Counted from the first letter of the stretch, positions 46,314 through 57,093 are shown. The stretch: DNA of 64,000 bases from Alphaproteobacteria bacterium (GCA_900768185.1 CAAGCB010000029.1:74575-138574), one strand, 5' to 3'. The notes: a model not told the origin generated them from the letters alone. Numbers and translations: made by a program.

Positions 46314-48254
46314 TCATTCACTCGCCAATGCGTCAATGGGGTTCAGGTTCGAGGCGTTCTTGGCGGGCATATACCCGAACAAGATGCCGATGGAGGAAGA
46401 ACACGTCAGCGCCAGCACAATGGAAGCGGTCGAAAAATCCATGCCGAAATTTGACGCGAACGTGTTGACCAGCGCGCCCAAAATCAGGGACGCCGATACG
46501 CCCAGCGCGCCGCCGACAATGCAAATCAAAACGGATTCGATCAGGAATTGCAGTAAAATGTCGCGCTGTTTCGCGCCGATCGCCATTCGGATTCCGATCT
46601 CGCGCGTGCGTTCCGTTACGGAAACAAGCATGATGTTCATCACGCCGATGCCGCCGACGATCAGAGAAATGACTGCGATGCTGGCAATCAGCAGGCGCAT
46701 GGTCTGCGTCGTGCTTTCGATTGTTTGTTTGATGCTGTCCGTGTTGATCATAAAAAAGTCTTTTTTGCCGTGACGGACGGTCAAGATATTTTCAATGCTG
46801 TCTTCGGCGACCTGCGATTTGACGTTATCGCTGATGCGCACGGTAATCGAATTGATATCCTTGCCGCCCGTGACTTTGTACATCGCGGTCGTGTACGGCA
46901 CCCACAGATTCATGCTTTCGGACATCGGACCGGGGGAGTTGTCTTTTTCCGTCAAGCCGATGATTTTCAATGGTTTTTTGTTGAAAATCAAAACCTTGCC
47001 GATCGGGTTCGGATCGTCGGCGAAGATTTCTTTGCGCGTGTTGTCGTCAATGACGACGACGGAATCGGCGTGTTTGACCTCGTCGGCGGAAAACGTCCGC
47101 CCCATCGCGATTTTTTTACCCTTGACATCGAAATAGGCGCGATCGACGCCGCGCAGGGACGCCGTGACCGATTCCCCCGTGTACACCAAAGTGCCGCTTG
47201 CCGACACGTTCGGACTGGCGTTTTTGATAAAGCTTTGACGCGCCAGAAATTCGGAATCGCTGATTTTCAGAGTCTTGACGCGGGCGGAATGGCGATCGCC
47301 GAAGCCTTTGCCGGGCAAGATGTCGATCGTGTTCGTTCCCATCGAGCTGATGCGTTCCATGATCTTGGCTTGGGACGCGTTGCCCAGCGCGACGACGGAC
47401 ACGACCGACGCGATGCCGATGATGATGCCCAGCATGGTTAAAAGCGACCGCATTTTGTTCGCCAGAATCGAATGCACCGACATGGAAAAAGATTCGGTGA
47501 AGCTGTAACGGAATTCCGCCAGACGACTGCGTTTCACTTTGGGACCGGCGTCGGTCAGGTCGTGAAAATCGCTTTGTTTGCGGGTGTCCGAAATGACGCG
47601 TCCGTCTTTGATTTCAATGACGCGATCCGCTTGGGCGGCGATGTGCGCGTCGTGCGTGACCATGATGATTGTGTGTCCGCGCCGATGCAGGTTTTTGATG
47701 ATTTCCATAACGGTTTCGCCGCTTTTGGAATCCAGCGCGCCCGTCGGTTCGTCCGCCAGAATGATGTCGCCGCCGTTCATCAGCGCGCGCGCGATGCTGA
47801 CGCGCTGCTGCTGACCGCCCGACAGCTGGTTCGGTTTGTTGCCCAGACGGTCGCCCAGATCCAGCCCGTTCAGCAATTCTTTGGCGCGCGAAACGCGATC
47901 CGCTTTGCCGACGCCCGAATAAACGGCGGGCAGGGCGGCGTTTTCCACGGCGTCCAAATTCGATAAAAGATTGTAACGCTGGAAGATAAAGCCGAACGTC
48001 TTGCAGCGCAAAGCCGCCTGTTCGTCCTTTGTCATGCGGGCGACTTCGACGCCGTTGATTTTGTACGATCCCGATGTCGGAACGTCCAGACACCCGATGA
48101 TGTTCATCAGCGTCGATTTCCCCGAACCGGATTGCCCGATGATGGCGACGAAGTCCCCTTTTTCAACGGCGAAATCAACGTCTTTCAAAACATGGGTGCG
48201 ATTGCCTTCCTGTCCGAAATATTTGTTGATTCCGGATAATTCAATGATTTTCAT
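46314..48254 (-). CDS. macB: Macrolide-type ABC exporter ATPase/permease MacB
   Basis: Walker A GQSGSGKST, signature LSGGQQQRV, and C-terminal FtsX-like permease. Trimmed to MKIIELSGINKYFG (ATG 48254), since the track start is a spurious extension. Confidence 0.85.
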   Translation of the reverse strand: MKIIELSGINKYFGQEGNRTHVLKDVDFAVEKGDFVAIIGQSGSGKSTLMNIIGCLDVPTSGSYKINGVEVARMTKDEQAALRCKTFGFIFQRYNLLSNLDAVENAALPAVYSGVGKADRVSRAKELLNGLDLGDRLGNKPNQLSGGQQQRVSIARALMNGGDIILADEPTGALDSKSGETVMEIIKNLHRRGHTIIMVTHDAHIAAQADRVIEIKDGRVISDTRKQSDFHDLTDAGPKVKRSRLAEFRYSFTESFSMSVHSILANKMRSLLTMLGIIIGIASVVSVVALGNASQAKIMERISSMGTNTIDILPGKGFGDRHSARVKTLKISDSEFLARQSFIKNASPNVSASGTLVYTGESVTASLRGVDRAYFDVKGKKIAMGRTFSADEVKHADSVVVIDDNTRKEIFADDPNPIGKVLIFNKKPLKIIGLTEKDNSPGPMSESMNLWVPYTTAMYKVTGGKDINSITVRISDNVKSQVAEDSIENILTVRHGKKDFFMINTDSIKQTIESTTQTMRLLIASIAVISLIVGGIGVMNIMLVSVTERTREIGIRMAIGAKQRDILLQFLIESVLICIVGGALGVSASLILGALVNTFASNFGMDFSTASIVLALTCSSSIGILFGYMPAKNASNLNPIDALASE

Positions 48255-48255
48255 C

Positions 48256-49425
48256 TCAGAATCCTCCGGGGCGTTTGAATTTGTCCTTTTTGCCGGCGAC
48301 TTCGGCGGCGGAAAGTTTGGCGATGACGACGGTTTCGCCTTCGGACACGCCGTTCGTGACGGCGATTTCGACGCCGTCCGACAATCCCGTTTCGACGAAC
48401 CGTTTTTCAACGGCGCCCTCCGGCGTCAGGAGGTCGACATAACTTTTTCCGTTTTCCTTTTTGACCGCCAGAACGGGAACGGACAAAGCGTTTTCGTCCG
48501 CGTCGACGTAAATGACGTTTTGCGTCGTCATGCCGATGCGCAAAGCCCCGTCGTCGTTCGGAACGACCAATCTGCCGTAATAGTATATCGCTTCGCTGGA
48601 TCCGACGACTTCGGTATATTCGCCGTTGGTCAGCAGCGTCAGCCCCGGATCAATGGATTTCAGCGTCGTTTCATACACCCGATCGGGATTGCTCAGAACG
48701 GTGTAGGTGACGCGCGCGCCCGTTTTAATGTTGCCGATATCGCCTTCGGAAATTTCGATCAGGATTTCCATTTTCGACAAATCGGCGATTTGAACGATGG
48801 TCGGCGTGTTCATCGCGGCGTTGACCGTCTGCCCCTTTTTGACGGGAACGGAAACGATGATGCCGTCCAGCGGCGCTGTGATTTTCGTGTAGCCCAAGTT
48901 CGTTTGCGCCGTGTTCAGCGCCAGTTCCGTTTCGGCGATGGACGCTTCCAATTCGGTGGTTTTGGCTTTCGCGGTTTCAAACGCGTTGTCGGCGTTTTCC
49001 AAATCTTCTTCGCTGGCGGCGTCGCGCCGACGCAGGCGTTGCGTGCGTTCGAACTGTTTTTCGGCGATTTTGCGCGATATCTTCGCGGCGTCCAGCTGGG
49101 CTTTCAAACTGGTCAGTTTGGCTTTGGTGCTGTTCACGTCGTTTTCCTGCGTCGTCGAATCGATTTGGGCGATCAAAGCGCCTTTTTTAATTTTCTGACC
49201 GACTTTGACGGGCAGGCTTTCTATTTTTCCGGACGTTTGCGCGCCGACCGTCACCAGTTCGATCGCTTTGACTTCGCCCGTGGCGTTGACGACTTTTTCG
49301 ATGTTTTTGCGCGACACGCGTTCCGTGATGTAAGAAACGGGTTCCTCTTTGAAGAAAGAATTATAGCCGGCGATGGCGGCAGCCGCGGCAATCACGGTGA
49401 AAATCAAGATTTTTTTCGTGGACAT
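48256..49425 (-). CDS. macA: Membrane fusion protein MacA (HlyD family)
   Basis: Signal-anchor, coiled-coil (KAKLTSLKAQLDAAKISRKIAEKQFERTQRL), and beta-barrel/lipoyl domains. The stop lies 1 nt from the macB start. Confidence 0.8.
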   Translation of the reverse strand: MSTKKILIFTVIAAAAAIAGYNSFFKEEPVSYITERVSRKNIEKVVNATGEVKAIELVTVGAQTSGKIESLPVKVGQKIKKGALIAQIDSTTQENDVNSTKAKLTSLKAQLDAAKISRKIAEKQFERTQRLRRRDAASEEDLENADNAFETAKAKTTELEASIAETELALNTAQTNLGYTKITAPLDGIIVSVPVKKGQTVNAAMNTPTIVQIADLSKMEILIEISEGDIGNIKTGARVTYTVLSNPDRVYETTLKSIDPGLTLLTNGEYTEVVGSSEAIYYYGRLVVPNDDGALRIGMTTQNVIYVDADENALSVPVLAVKKENGKSYVDLLTPEGAVEKRFVETGLSDGVEIAVTNGVSEGETVVIAKLSAAEVAGKKDKFKRPGGF

Positions 49426-49428
49426 GAG

Positions 49429-49875
49429 TTATTCCTTTACGACCAGTTCCAAAACGTCGTTGACGTTTTTCAGGCTTTGCGCCAGTTTTTCCAAATCAGC
49501 GTCGGACAAAACCGACAGCAGATCCCGCATGACGGATTCTCCGCGGGATTTATGCGCGTCAATCGCCTTTTCGCCGGCGGGGGTGACAAAATAATAAGTG
49601 TTGCGGCGGTTTTCAGGGTCGATTTCGCGTCCGATCAGTCCCGCTTTTTCCAGCTTGGCGTACAGCATGCACAGATTTTGCGGGGAATGCCCCGTTTTCG
49701 CCGCGATGTCTTTCAGCTTTGATTTGCCGACTTCGCGCAAATCGTCCAGTAAGAACACCTGTTGCGGACGCAGCGCGTCATTTTCCGTCACAGCGCGGTC
49801 GAACATCATTTTGCCGAATTTCCGGTGATTGTTCAGCAGCCTGATAAATTCGGGCATGAAACAACTGTTTGCCAT
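49429..49875 (-). CDS. MarR-family transcriptional regulator
   Basis: wHTH DIAAKTGHSPQNLCMLYAKLEKAGLIGREIDPENRR. First gene of the efflux operon. Confidence 0.8.
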   Translation of the reverse strand: MANSCFMPEFIRLLNNHRKFGKMMFDRAVTENDALRPQQVFLLDDLREVGKSKLKDIAAKTGHSPQNLCMLYAKLEKAGLIGREIDPENRRNTYYFVTPAGEKAIDAHKSRGESVMRDLLSVLSDADLEKLAQSLKNVNDVLELVVKE

Positions 49876-49894
49876 CAGATTTTTCCTTTCAACC

Positions 49895-49921
49895 GTTAAA
49901 CGATTTAACGTTTAAACGATT
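49895..49921. promoter_or_regulatory. Putative MarR operator: overlapping inverted and direct repeats
   Basis: TTAAACG-atttaa-CGTTTAA inverted repeat, perfect palindrome CGTTTAAACG, and direct repeat TTAAACGATT x2, 20-46 nt upstream of the marR start. Confidence 0.35.
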
Positions 49922-49979
49922 GAAGTCGAAAAAACTTGCGCGACAATCGAAAAAAATTCAAAAAATCGGACGGGGAAGG

Positions 49980-50636
49980 TCAGCCCAGCATTTCCATCAG
50001 GTCGCGCACGGCGTCGGACGTGCTTTGCGCGACGCCTTTCAGCGTTTTATCCAACATATAGCATGGCGTTGAGATGATTTTGTTTTTGCGGTCGACGCAC
50101 ACCTGCGCGGCGGAACAGATTTCCGGAATGCCGCCCATGGCTTTGATCGCCATAGATGTTTCGGGATCGTTGCCGATCGTGACGGTGACGCCTTTTAACA
50201 CACGGGCGATCAAAACGGGGGCGATGCATAGGGCGACGATCGGTTTTTTCGCCGCGTGCATTTCCCGAATCACGCGTTCAACGTCGGGATTGACGGAACA
50301 GTCTTTGCCTTTGCGCGCGAAATCGCACAAGTTTAAAATGACGCCCATTCCCCCCGGAAACAGGATTGCGTCGTAAGCATCGGCTTTAAACAGCCGCAAC
50401 AGGGAAATGTCGCCGCGCGCGATTCGGGCGGATTCGGCGGGCATGCGGCGAATTTCGTTTGCGGGTTGTTTCGTCGCGTGGTTCATCACGACGCTTTGTT
50501 CGCCTTCGGGCGCGAAACAGCGGTAGATCCCGCCCTGCTGTTCGATCGCCAGCATGGCGGTGACGGCTTCGTGGATTTCGGAACCGTCCATAACGCCGCA
50601 ACCCGACAAAACGACGGCGATTTTTTTCGTGTTCAT
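49980..50636 (-). CDS. elbB: DJ-1/PfpI-family protein ElbB (glutamine amidotransferase-like class 1)
   Basis: MNTKKIAVVLSGCGVMDGSEIHEAV with a Cys nucleophile elbow. Trimmed to the ATG at 50636. Confidence 0.7.
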   Translation of the reverse strand: MNTKKIAVVLSGCGVMDGSEIHEAVTAMLAIEQQGGIYRCFAPEGEQSVVMNHATKQPANEIRRMPAESARIARGDISLLRLFKADAYDAILFPGGMGVILNLCDFARKGKDCSVNPDVERVIREMHAAKKPIVALCIAPVLIARVLKGVTVTIGNDPETSMAIKAMGGIPEICSAAQVCVDRKNKIISTPCYMLDKTLKGVAQSTSDAVRDLMEMLG

Positions 50637-50737
50637 GTGCAACTCCTCACACCGTGGAAAATCTTTGGTATTGTAATTATATTGATAAGTTGTATTTATA
50701 TACGACAATCGTAAGGCATTCAAGAACGGAGAAAGCT

Positions 50738-52132
50738 TTGAAATACGTCAGTACGCGGGGAAAGGCTCCCGCAATCGGATTTGAAGACGTGCTGCTGGCG
50801 GGCTTGGCGCCCGACGGCGGATTGTATGTTCCCGAAAGCTATCCGCGGTTTTCCGTGGAAAAGATGCGGGAGATGCGATCGCTGAGTTATGCGGAATTGG
50901 CGGCGGAGGTCATGGCGCCCTTTACCGAAGGGTGCATCGATAAAAACGACCTGCTGCAAATCGCCGAACAGGCGTACCGCGGGTTTTCGCACGCCGCCGT
51001 CGCGCCGTTGAAACAAATCAAGGACGGACTGTGGGTGATGGAGCTGTTTTACGGTCCGACGCTGGCGTTCAAAGATTATGCCCTGCAAATCGTCGGACGC
51101 ATGTTCGATCTGGTTCTGAAACGGTCGAACCGCCGCATCACGATTGTCGGCGCGACGTCCGGCGACACGGGATCCGCCGCGATCGAAGCGTGCAAGGGGT
51201 GTGAAAATCTGGATATCTTTATCCTGCACCCCTATAACCGCGTGTCGGAAGTCCAGCGCCGTCAAATGACGACGACCATCGCGCCGAACGTCTTTAACAT
51301 CGCGCTGGAAGGCACGTTTGACGATTGTCAGTCGATCGTCAAAGCCTTGTTCGCCGACGAGGCTTTCCGCCGCGCGCACAATCTGTCGGCGGTCAATTCG
51401 ATCAACTGGGCGCGCATTATGGCGCAGGTCGTCTATTACTTCCGCGCCGCGTTGGCTTTGGGCGCGCCCGATCGCGCCGTGTCGTTCGCCGTTCCGACGG
51501 GCAATTTCGGCAATATTTTTGCCGGCTATGTCGCCATGCGTATGGGGTTGCCCGTCAAAAATCTGATTTTGGGATCGAACGAAAACGACATTTTGCCCAG
51601 ATTTTTGGAAACGGGAACAATGGAAAAGCGCGATGTCAAGCCGTCCATCAGCCCGTCAATGGACATTCAGGTGTCGTCGAACTTTGAACGCCTGCTGTTT
51701 GAAATGCAGGATCGCGACGCGCGCGAAGTCGCCCGTTTGATGGATAGTTTCAAATACGAAAAAGTCTATTCCGTTTCCGCGGACGTGCTGAAAAAAATCA
51801 AAGCGACGTTCAGCGGTCTGCGTTGCACGGACGTCGACACAAAAGCGGAAATCGGCAGAATTTACAAGCTGTCGGGCGAAATCGTCGATCCGCATTCGGC
51901 GATCGGTTTCGCCGCCGCCGAACGGTTTTGCGAAAAAGAAACCCCCTGCGTCGTTCTGGCAACCGCGCACCCCGCCAAATTTCCGTTGCCGGTGCATGAA
52001 GCGACCGGCGTGACGCCCGTCCTGCCGCCTCGTTTGTCCGATCTGACGACCAGACGCGAAAGCTTCACCGTTTTGCCCAACCGACAGGATTCCATTAAAT
52101 ACTTTATCGAAACTTCGGCAAGAAAGGTCTGA
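50738..52132 (+). CDS. thrC: Threonine synthase
   Basis: Starts LKYVSTRGKAP (TTG at 50738, GGAGA RBS). PLP Lys in TLAFKDYALQ. Confidence 0.85.
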   Translation: MKYVSTRGKAPAIGFEDVLLAGLAPDGGLYVPESYPRFSVEKMREMRSLSYAELAAEVMAPFTEGCIDKNDLLQIAEQAYRGFSHAAVAPLKQIKDGLWVMELFYGPTLAFKDYALQIVGRMFDLVLKRSNRRITIVGATSGDTGSAAIEACKGCENLDIFILHPYNRVSEVQRRQMTTTIAPNVFNIALEGTFDDCQSIVKALFADEAFRRAHNLSAVNSINWARIMAQVVYYFRAALALGAPDRAVSFAVPTGNFGNIFAGYVAMRMGLPVKNLILGSNENDILPRFLETGTMEKRDVKPSISPSMDIQVSSNFERLLFEMQDRDAREVARLMDSFKYEKVYSVSADVLKKIKATFSGLRCTDVDTKAEIGRIYKLSGEIVDPHSAIGFAAAERFCEKETPCVVLATAHPAKFPLPVHEATGVTPVLPPRLSDLTTRRESFTVLPNRQDSIKYFIETSARKV

Positions 52133-52136
52133 CATC

Positions 52137-53393
52137 ATGGCGGCTGAAACAACGACTTTGGCGAACGGAATGCGTGTCGTCACCGACAAAATGGCGGAGC
52201 TGGACACTGTTTCTTTGGGAATTTGGGTCGGTGTCGGTTCAATGTTCGAACCGGCGGAAATCAACGGCGTTTCGCATTTGCTGGAACACATGGCTTTTAA
52301 AGGCACGACCACCCGCACCGCGCGTCAAATCGCCGAGGAAATCGAAAACGTCGGCGGATACATCAACGCCTGCACGTCGCGCGAAACGACGTCGTTCTAT
52401 ATCAAGGTTTTAAAAGAGGACGCCGCGCTCGCGGTCGACATTCTGGCGGACATTCTGCAAAATTCGACATTCGATCCCGAGGAGTTCGGACGCGAAAAAA
52501 CGGTCGTTTTGCAGGAAATCAGTCAGTCGATCGATACGCCTGACGACATCGTGTTCGACTATTTCCAATCCACCGCTTTTCCCGACCAGCCTGTCGGACG
52601 TCCCGTTTTGGGCAGCGTCGAAACCGTGACGGGCATCAGCCGCGAAACGCTGGATTCGTATATGAAAACGAACTACACGCCGCAAAGAATGGTCGCGGCG
52701 GCAAGCGGCAACATCGACCACGCCGAATTTACGCGTTTAATTGAAAACGCGTTCGGAAAACTGACGGACAGGCAGGGGCTGACGGCGCCCGACGCCGTGT
52801 ACGCCGGCGGCGAATACCGTGAAAACAAATCGCTGGAACAGGTCAATCTGGTGCTGGGCTTTCCCGGCGTTTCCGTGACGGGCGACGATTACTACGCCGC
52901 GCACGTTCTCTCCACGATTCTGGGCGGCGGCATGTCTTCGCGCTTGTTTCAGGAAATTCGCGAAAAGCGCGGGTTGGTGTATTCGGTATATTCCTTTAAC
53001 GCGGCGGCGACGAACGGCGGACTGTTCGGCGTGTACGCGGGAACGGGCAAAAAAGAGGCGGCGGAACTGATGCCCGTTTTGTGCGATGAATTGCAAAAGG
53101 TGCGTCAGTCCGTGACCGAGGAGGAGTTCTTGCGCGCGAAAGCCCAACTGAAGGCGGGGGTTTTGATGGCGTTGGAACACCCGACCGCGCGTTCGGAACA
53201 GAACGCGGGGCATTTGCTGACGTTCGGACGCCTGTTGCCCAAGGAGGAAATTCTGCAAAAAATCGCCGATACGACAGTGGACGGGGTGGTTTCTTTGGCG
53301 AACAGGATTTTTTCGCAAAAGCCGACGCTGGCGGGGCTGGGACCCGTTAAACACGTCATGAGTTACGAAAAACTGGTCGACCGTTTGAAATAA
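52137..53393 (+). CDS. M16-family zinc peptidase (MPP/PqqL-like)
   Basis: Inverted zinc motif HLLEHMAFKGT. Confidence 0.8.
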   Translation: MAAETTTLANGMRVVTDKMAELDTVSLGIWVGVGSMFEPAEINGVSHLLEHMAFKGTTTRTARQIAEEIENVGGYINACTSRETTSFYIKVLKEDAALAVDILADILQNSTFDPEEFGREKTVVLQEISQSIDTPDDIVFDYFQSTAFPDQPVGRPVLGSVETVTGISRETLDSYMKTNYTPQRMVAAASGNIDHAEFTRLIENAFGKLTDRQGLTAPDAVYAGGEYRENKSLEQVNLVLGFPGVSVTGDDYYAAHVLSTILGGGMSSRLFQEIREKRGLVYSVYSFNAAATNGGLFGVYAGTGKKEAAELMPVLCDELQKVRQSVTEEEFLRAKAQLKAGVLMALEHPTARSEQNAGHLLTFGRLLPKEEILQKIADTTVDGVVSLANRIFSQKPTLAGLGPVKHVMSYEKLVDRLK

Positions 53394-53402
53394 GGAAACG
53401 CC

Positions 53403-53585
53403 ATGGAAAAAGATGATGAAATCCTGTTGCAGATGTTCGCTGTCGGCAACGCGATGAAAGTCACCGCCGTTCATGTCGCAACGGGAACGGAGATCTGCTT
53501 TATGGCGCCGAAAAACACGCCGATGGCGTCTTTGAAAAAATTGGCGCGCGGCAAACTGGAATACGTTTTGAACAAAAACGCTTAG
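53403..53585 (+). CDS. Small hypothetical protein (60 aa)
   Basis: AAGGA RBS, GC3 about 67%. No recognised domain. Confidence 0.4.
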   Translation: MEKDDEILLQMFAVGNAMKVTAVHVATGTEICFMAPKNTPMASLKKLARGKLEYVLNKNA

Positions 53586-53641
53586 CAAACGCCGTTAAAG
53601 TGTGCTAAAAAACGGAAAATCTTTTTGAAAGGAACGAGTCT

Positions 53642-54082
53642 ATGTCGAATGTTATCGCTTTGGCGTCGGATCACGGCGGCTTTGAATTGAAAAACATGCT
53701 GGTCGAAAAATTGAAAAAGGACGGCTTCGACGTTCTGGATTTGGGGACGCACACGACGGATTCCGTCGATTATCCGGATATCGCCGCGCTGATGGCGGAC
53801 GCGATCAAAACGGGCAAAGCCGAACGCGGCATTCTGCTGTGCGGCACCGGCATCGGCATCAGCATCGCCGCCAACCGCTTTCCGTTCATTCGCGCCGCGC
53901 TGGTGCATGACGCTTTCGGCGCGCGCCTGTGCCGTCAGCACAACAACGCCAACGTTTTGGTGATGGGCGGGCGCAACACGGGCGTCGAAGTCGCTTTCGA
54001 ATGCGTCGACATCTTCTTGAACACGGAATTTCTGGGCGGGCGTCACGAACGCCGCGTCGAAAAACTGTCCCACATGTGCTGA
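53642..54082 (+). CDS. rpiB: Ribose-5-phosphate isomerase B
   Basis: [15 protein letters not shown]. Confidence 0.85.
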   Translation: MSNVIALASDHGGFELKNMLVEKLKKDGFDVLDLGTHTTDSVDYPDIAALMADAIKTGKAERGILLCGTGIGISIAANRFPFIRAALVHDAFGARLCRQHNNANVLVMGGRNTGVEVAFECVDIFLNTEFLGGRHERRVEKLSHMC

Positions 54083-54092
54083 AAGGATTGAA

Positions 54093-55379
54093 ATGACGAA
54101 TCCGTTTTTCACAACCGATTTAAAAGACGCCGATCCGGAAATCTACGACGGCATTGTCAAGGAATTGCGCCGCCAGCAAAGTCAGATCGAACTGATCGCG
54201 TCGGAAAACATCGTGTCCAAAGCCGTTTTGCAGGCACAGGGATCGATCTTGACCAACAAATACGCCGAAGGATACAGCGGCAGACGTTACTACGGCGGGT
54301 GCGAGTTTGTCGATATCGCGGAAAATCTGGCGATTGAACGCGCGAAAAAACTGTTTGACGCGGATTTTGTCAACGTTCAGCCGCATTCGGGCGCACAGGC
54401 GAACGGCGCGGTTCAGCTGGCTTTGTTGCAGCCGGGGGACACGCTGATGGGCATGTCGTTGTCCGCGGGCGGTCATTTGACGCACGGCGCGGCGCCGGCG
54501 CTGTCGGGCAAGTGGTTCCATGCGGTGCAATACGGTGTGCGCAAAGACGACGGACGCATTGATTTCGACGAGGTCGAACGGCTGGCGAAAGAAAACAAGC
54601 CTAAACTGATTATCGCGGGCGGGTCGGCGTACCCCCGCGCGATCGACTTTGCGAAATTTCGCGCGATCGCGGACGAAGTCGGCGCGATTTTAATGGTCGA
54701 CATGGCGCATTTCGCCGGATTGGTCGCGGGCGGCGTGCATGAAAACCCGCTGAAATACGCCGATATCGTGACGACGACGACGCACAAGACTTTGCGCGGT
54801 CCGCGCGGCGGCATGATTCTGACCAATCGCGAGGATTTGGCAAAGAAAATCAATTCCGCCGTTTTCCCCGGATTGCAGGGCGGACCTTTGATGCATGTCA
54901 TCGCTGCCAAAGCCGTCGCTTTGGGCGAAGCGCTGAAGCCGGAATTTAAGGAATACGCGAAAAACGTCGTCGCGAACGCCAAGGTTTTAGGCGAAACGTT
55001 GACGGCGCGCGGGCTGAATCTGGTGTCAGGCGGTACGGACACGCATTTGGTGCTGGTCGATTTGCGTCCGAAACGCTTGACGGGCAAGCTGGCGGAAAAA
55101 AGTCTGGAACGCGCGCACATGACGTGCAACAAAAACGGCATTCCGTTCGATCCGGAAAAACCGACCGTCACGTCGGGCATTCGTTTGGGAACGCCCGCCG
55201 GAACGACGCGCGGCTTTAAAGTCGAGGAGTTCAAACTGATCGGCAATCTGATCGGCGACGTTTTGGACGCATTGTCCGAAAACGGCGAAGACAATTCGGC
55301 GGCGGAGGAAAAAGCCGCCAAAACGGTTGTCGATTTGTGCGCGAAATTCCCGATTTACGAAGGGCTGGCGGAGGATTGA
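54093..55379 (+). CDS. glyA: Serine hydroxymethyltransferase
   Basis: PLP site [14 protein letters not shown]. Confidence 0.9.
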   Translation: MTNPFFTTDLKDADPEIYDGIVKELRRQQSQIELIASENIVSKAVLQAQGSILTNKYAEGYSGRRYYGGCEFVDIAENLAIERAKKLFDADFVNVQPHSGAQANGAVQLALLQPGDTLMGMSLSAGGHLTHGAAPALSGKWFHAVQYGVRKDDGRIDFDEVERLAKENKPKLIIAGGSAYPRAIDFAKFRAIADEVGAILMVDMAHFAGLVAGGVHENPLKYADIVTTTTHKTLRGPRGGMILTNREDLAKKINSAVFPGLQGGPLMHVIAAKAVALGEALKPEFKEYAKNVVANAKVLGETLTARGLNLVSGGTDTHLVLVDLRPKRLTGKLAEKSLERAHMTCNKNGIPFDPEKPTVTSGIRLGTPAGTTRGFKVEEFKLIGNLIGDVLDALSENGEDNSAAEEKAAKTVVDLCAKFPIYEGLAED

Positions 55380-55382
55380 TTT

Positions 55383-55862
55383 ATGCGCTGTCCCTTTTGC
55401 GGATTTGAAGAAACGCAGGTAAAGGATTCGCGTCCCAGCGAAGACGATTCCGCTATTCGCAGACGGCGGTTCTGCCCCGCCTGCGGATCGCGGTTCACGA
55501 CGTTTGAACGCGTTCAGTTGCGCGAATTGACCGTGATTAAAAAAGACAAAAGCAAAATGCCGTTCGACCGCGAAAAATTGCAGCGCTCGATTACCGTCGC
55601 CGTCAGAAAACGTCCCATCGCCCCCGAACAGGTCGAATTGATCGTCAACGGCATTCAGCGCAAATTGGAAGTGTCGGGCGAAAATGAAATCCCGTCCGTT
55701 CAGATCGGCGAATTGGTGATGGAGGCGCTGTCCGCGCTGGATCCCGTCGCCTACGTCCGGTTCGCGTCGGTTTATCGCGATTTCAGGGAAGCCAAGGATT
55801 TTAAAGCTTTTATCAGCAGTTTGGAAGCCGTCGCAAAGGCGGGAACCCTTAAAGGAGAATGA
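55383..55862 (+). CDS. nrdR: Transcriptional repressor NrdR
   Basis: MRCPFCG...FCPACG zinc ribbon plus ATP-cone. Confidence 0.9.
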   Translation: MRCPFCGFEETQVKDSRPSEDDSAIRRRRFCPACGSRFTTFERVQLRELTVIKKDKSKMPFDREKLQRSITVAVRKRPIAPEQVELIVNGIQRKLEVSGENEIPSVQIGELVMEALSALDPVAYVRFASVYRDFREAKDFKAFISSLEAVAKAGTLKGE

Positions 55863-55863
55863 T

Positions 55864-56343
55864 ATGTCTAAAATAAAGACCAACCGCAGTTCATCGCGCT
55901 TGGCGGCTGTTCAGGCGCTGTATCAGCTTGCTTTCGGCGGAAAAACGGTCGACGAAATCGCCCGCGATTTTGCGGCGGGCAATATCGGACGCGAAGTTAT
56001 CGACGAAAACGAAGACGAAGGAACGGAAACGTTCGTCCCCGTCATGCCCGCCGAACCGACCTTGTTTGCGGGAATCTTGGCGTCCTATGCCCAAAACGCC
56101 GACTCTATCAACGAAATGATCAATTCGTCTTTGGCGGAAAACAGAACGCCCGAAAGCGTCGAAATAACGTTGCGCGCGATTTGGCAGGCGGGGATCGCCG
56201 AATTGATGGCGTATCCCGAAACGCCCGTCGCCATCATTATTTCGGAATACATCGACATTGCCAAAAGTTTCTATTCGGGCGCGGAAGCCAAAGTCACGAA
56301 CGGAATTTTGGACAAGATTGCGAAAATTTTGCGCGAATCCTGA
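55864..56343 (+). CDS. nusB: Transcription antitermination factor NusB
   Basis: RLAAVQALYQL... NusB fold. Confidence 0.8.
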   Translation: MSKIKTNRSSSRLAAVQALYQLAFGGKTVDEIARDFAAGNIGREVIDENEDEGTETFVPVMPAEPTLFAGILASYAQNADSINEMINSSLAENRTPESVEITLRAIWQAGIAELMAYPETPVAIIISEYIDIAKSFYSGAEAKVTNGILDKIAKILRES

Positions 56344-56374
56344 TTTTAAAAATCAATCGCAGATTGCTATTTTG

Positions 56375-56408
56375 TGTGCCGGAATGCTTTTTCGGCACAT
56401 TTTTTTTC
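56375..56408 (+). terminator. Rho-independent terminator after nusB
   Basis: TGTGCCG-gaatgcttttt-CGGCACA followed by TTTTTTTT. Confidence 0.6.
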
Positions 56409-56494
56409 TATTTTGGAAAAAAATGCAATTTTTATCTTGGTAATAAAATCTTAAAGATGTAAATTTATCATAACTTTCCGAAGGATATGAGAAT

Positions 56495-56854
56495 ATGAAA
56501 AAAGTCATTCAGGAAAAACTGTATTTCGCGTTTCGCGACGCCGACGGCGTCCCCGCTTTTACGATTAAAACGTATGACGGCGAACCGGTGAATCCGCGTT
56601 TTTTGGTCAACGCCGACAATCATGTGTTTTTATTGCGCCGTCCGGAACAGGTGATTATGCTGGATAATTTGGGGGCGGAGTTCTATCCCGTTCTGACGCA
56701 CGCGTCAAAAGTCCGCTTCGTCGAAACGCCGGAAGATTCGTCCGAAATCGTGCGGCAGTACGATATCCCCGTCACGCTGTGCGAAACGGCGTCGCTGGTC
56801 GGAAAGCTGATAGTTCCCGCCGACGACGGCGTGTCAATGCAACAGACGGCTTAG
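56495..56854 (+). CDS. Hypothetical protein (119 aa)
   Basis: AAGGA RBS. An AT-rich promoter region precedes it. No recognised domain. Confidence 0.45.
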   Translation: MKKVIQEKLYFAFRDADGVPAFTIKTYDGEPVNPRFLVNADNHVFLLRRPEQVIMLDNLGAEFYPVLTHASKVRFVETPEDSSEIVRQYDIPVTLCETASLVGKLIVPADDGVSMQQTA

Positions 56855-57093
56855 GTGCGGGAAAAATAATCGTATCTGTCCGAAAAGACGGTCGAATCGG
56901 CGGCGTTTATGTCGTCGATTTCGTTTTTCAGGGGTAACAGAAAATCAAAATATAAATCGTCCAGTCCGGTCAGATAATCCGACAAGCTTCCCGTTTCCAG
57001 CGTGTCGTCCAATCGTTCGGCGACGGTGCGGCAGGCGGTGTGATTGTCGATAATCCGTTCGATTGTTTCCAAATCCCGTTTTGCGTTTGACAT
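56851..57093 (-). CDS. Acidic hypothetical protein (80 aa), convergent and overlapping the preceding gene by 4 nt
   Basis: RBS AAAAGGAAAAG. Putative promoter TTGACT-N16-TAACAT upstream. Confidence 0.4.
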   Translation of the reverse strand: MSNAKRDLETIERIIDNHTACRTVAERLDDTLETGSLSDYLTGLDDLYFDFLLPLKNEIDDINAADSTVFSDRYDYFSRT

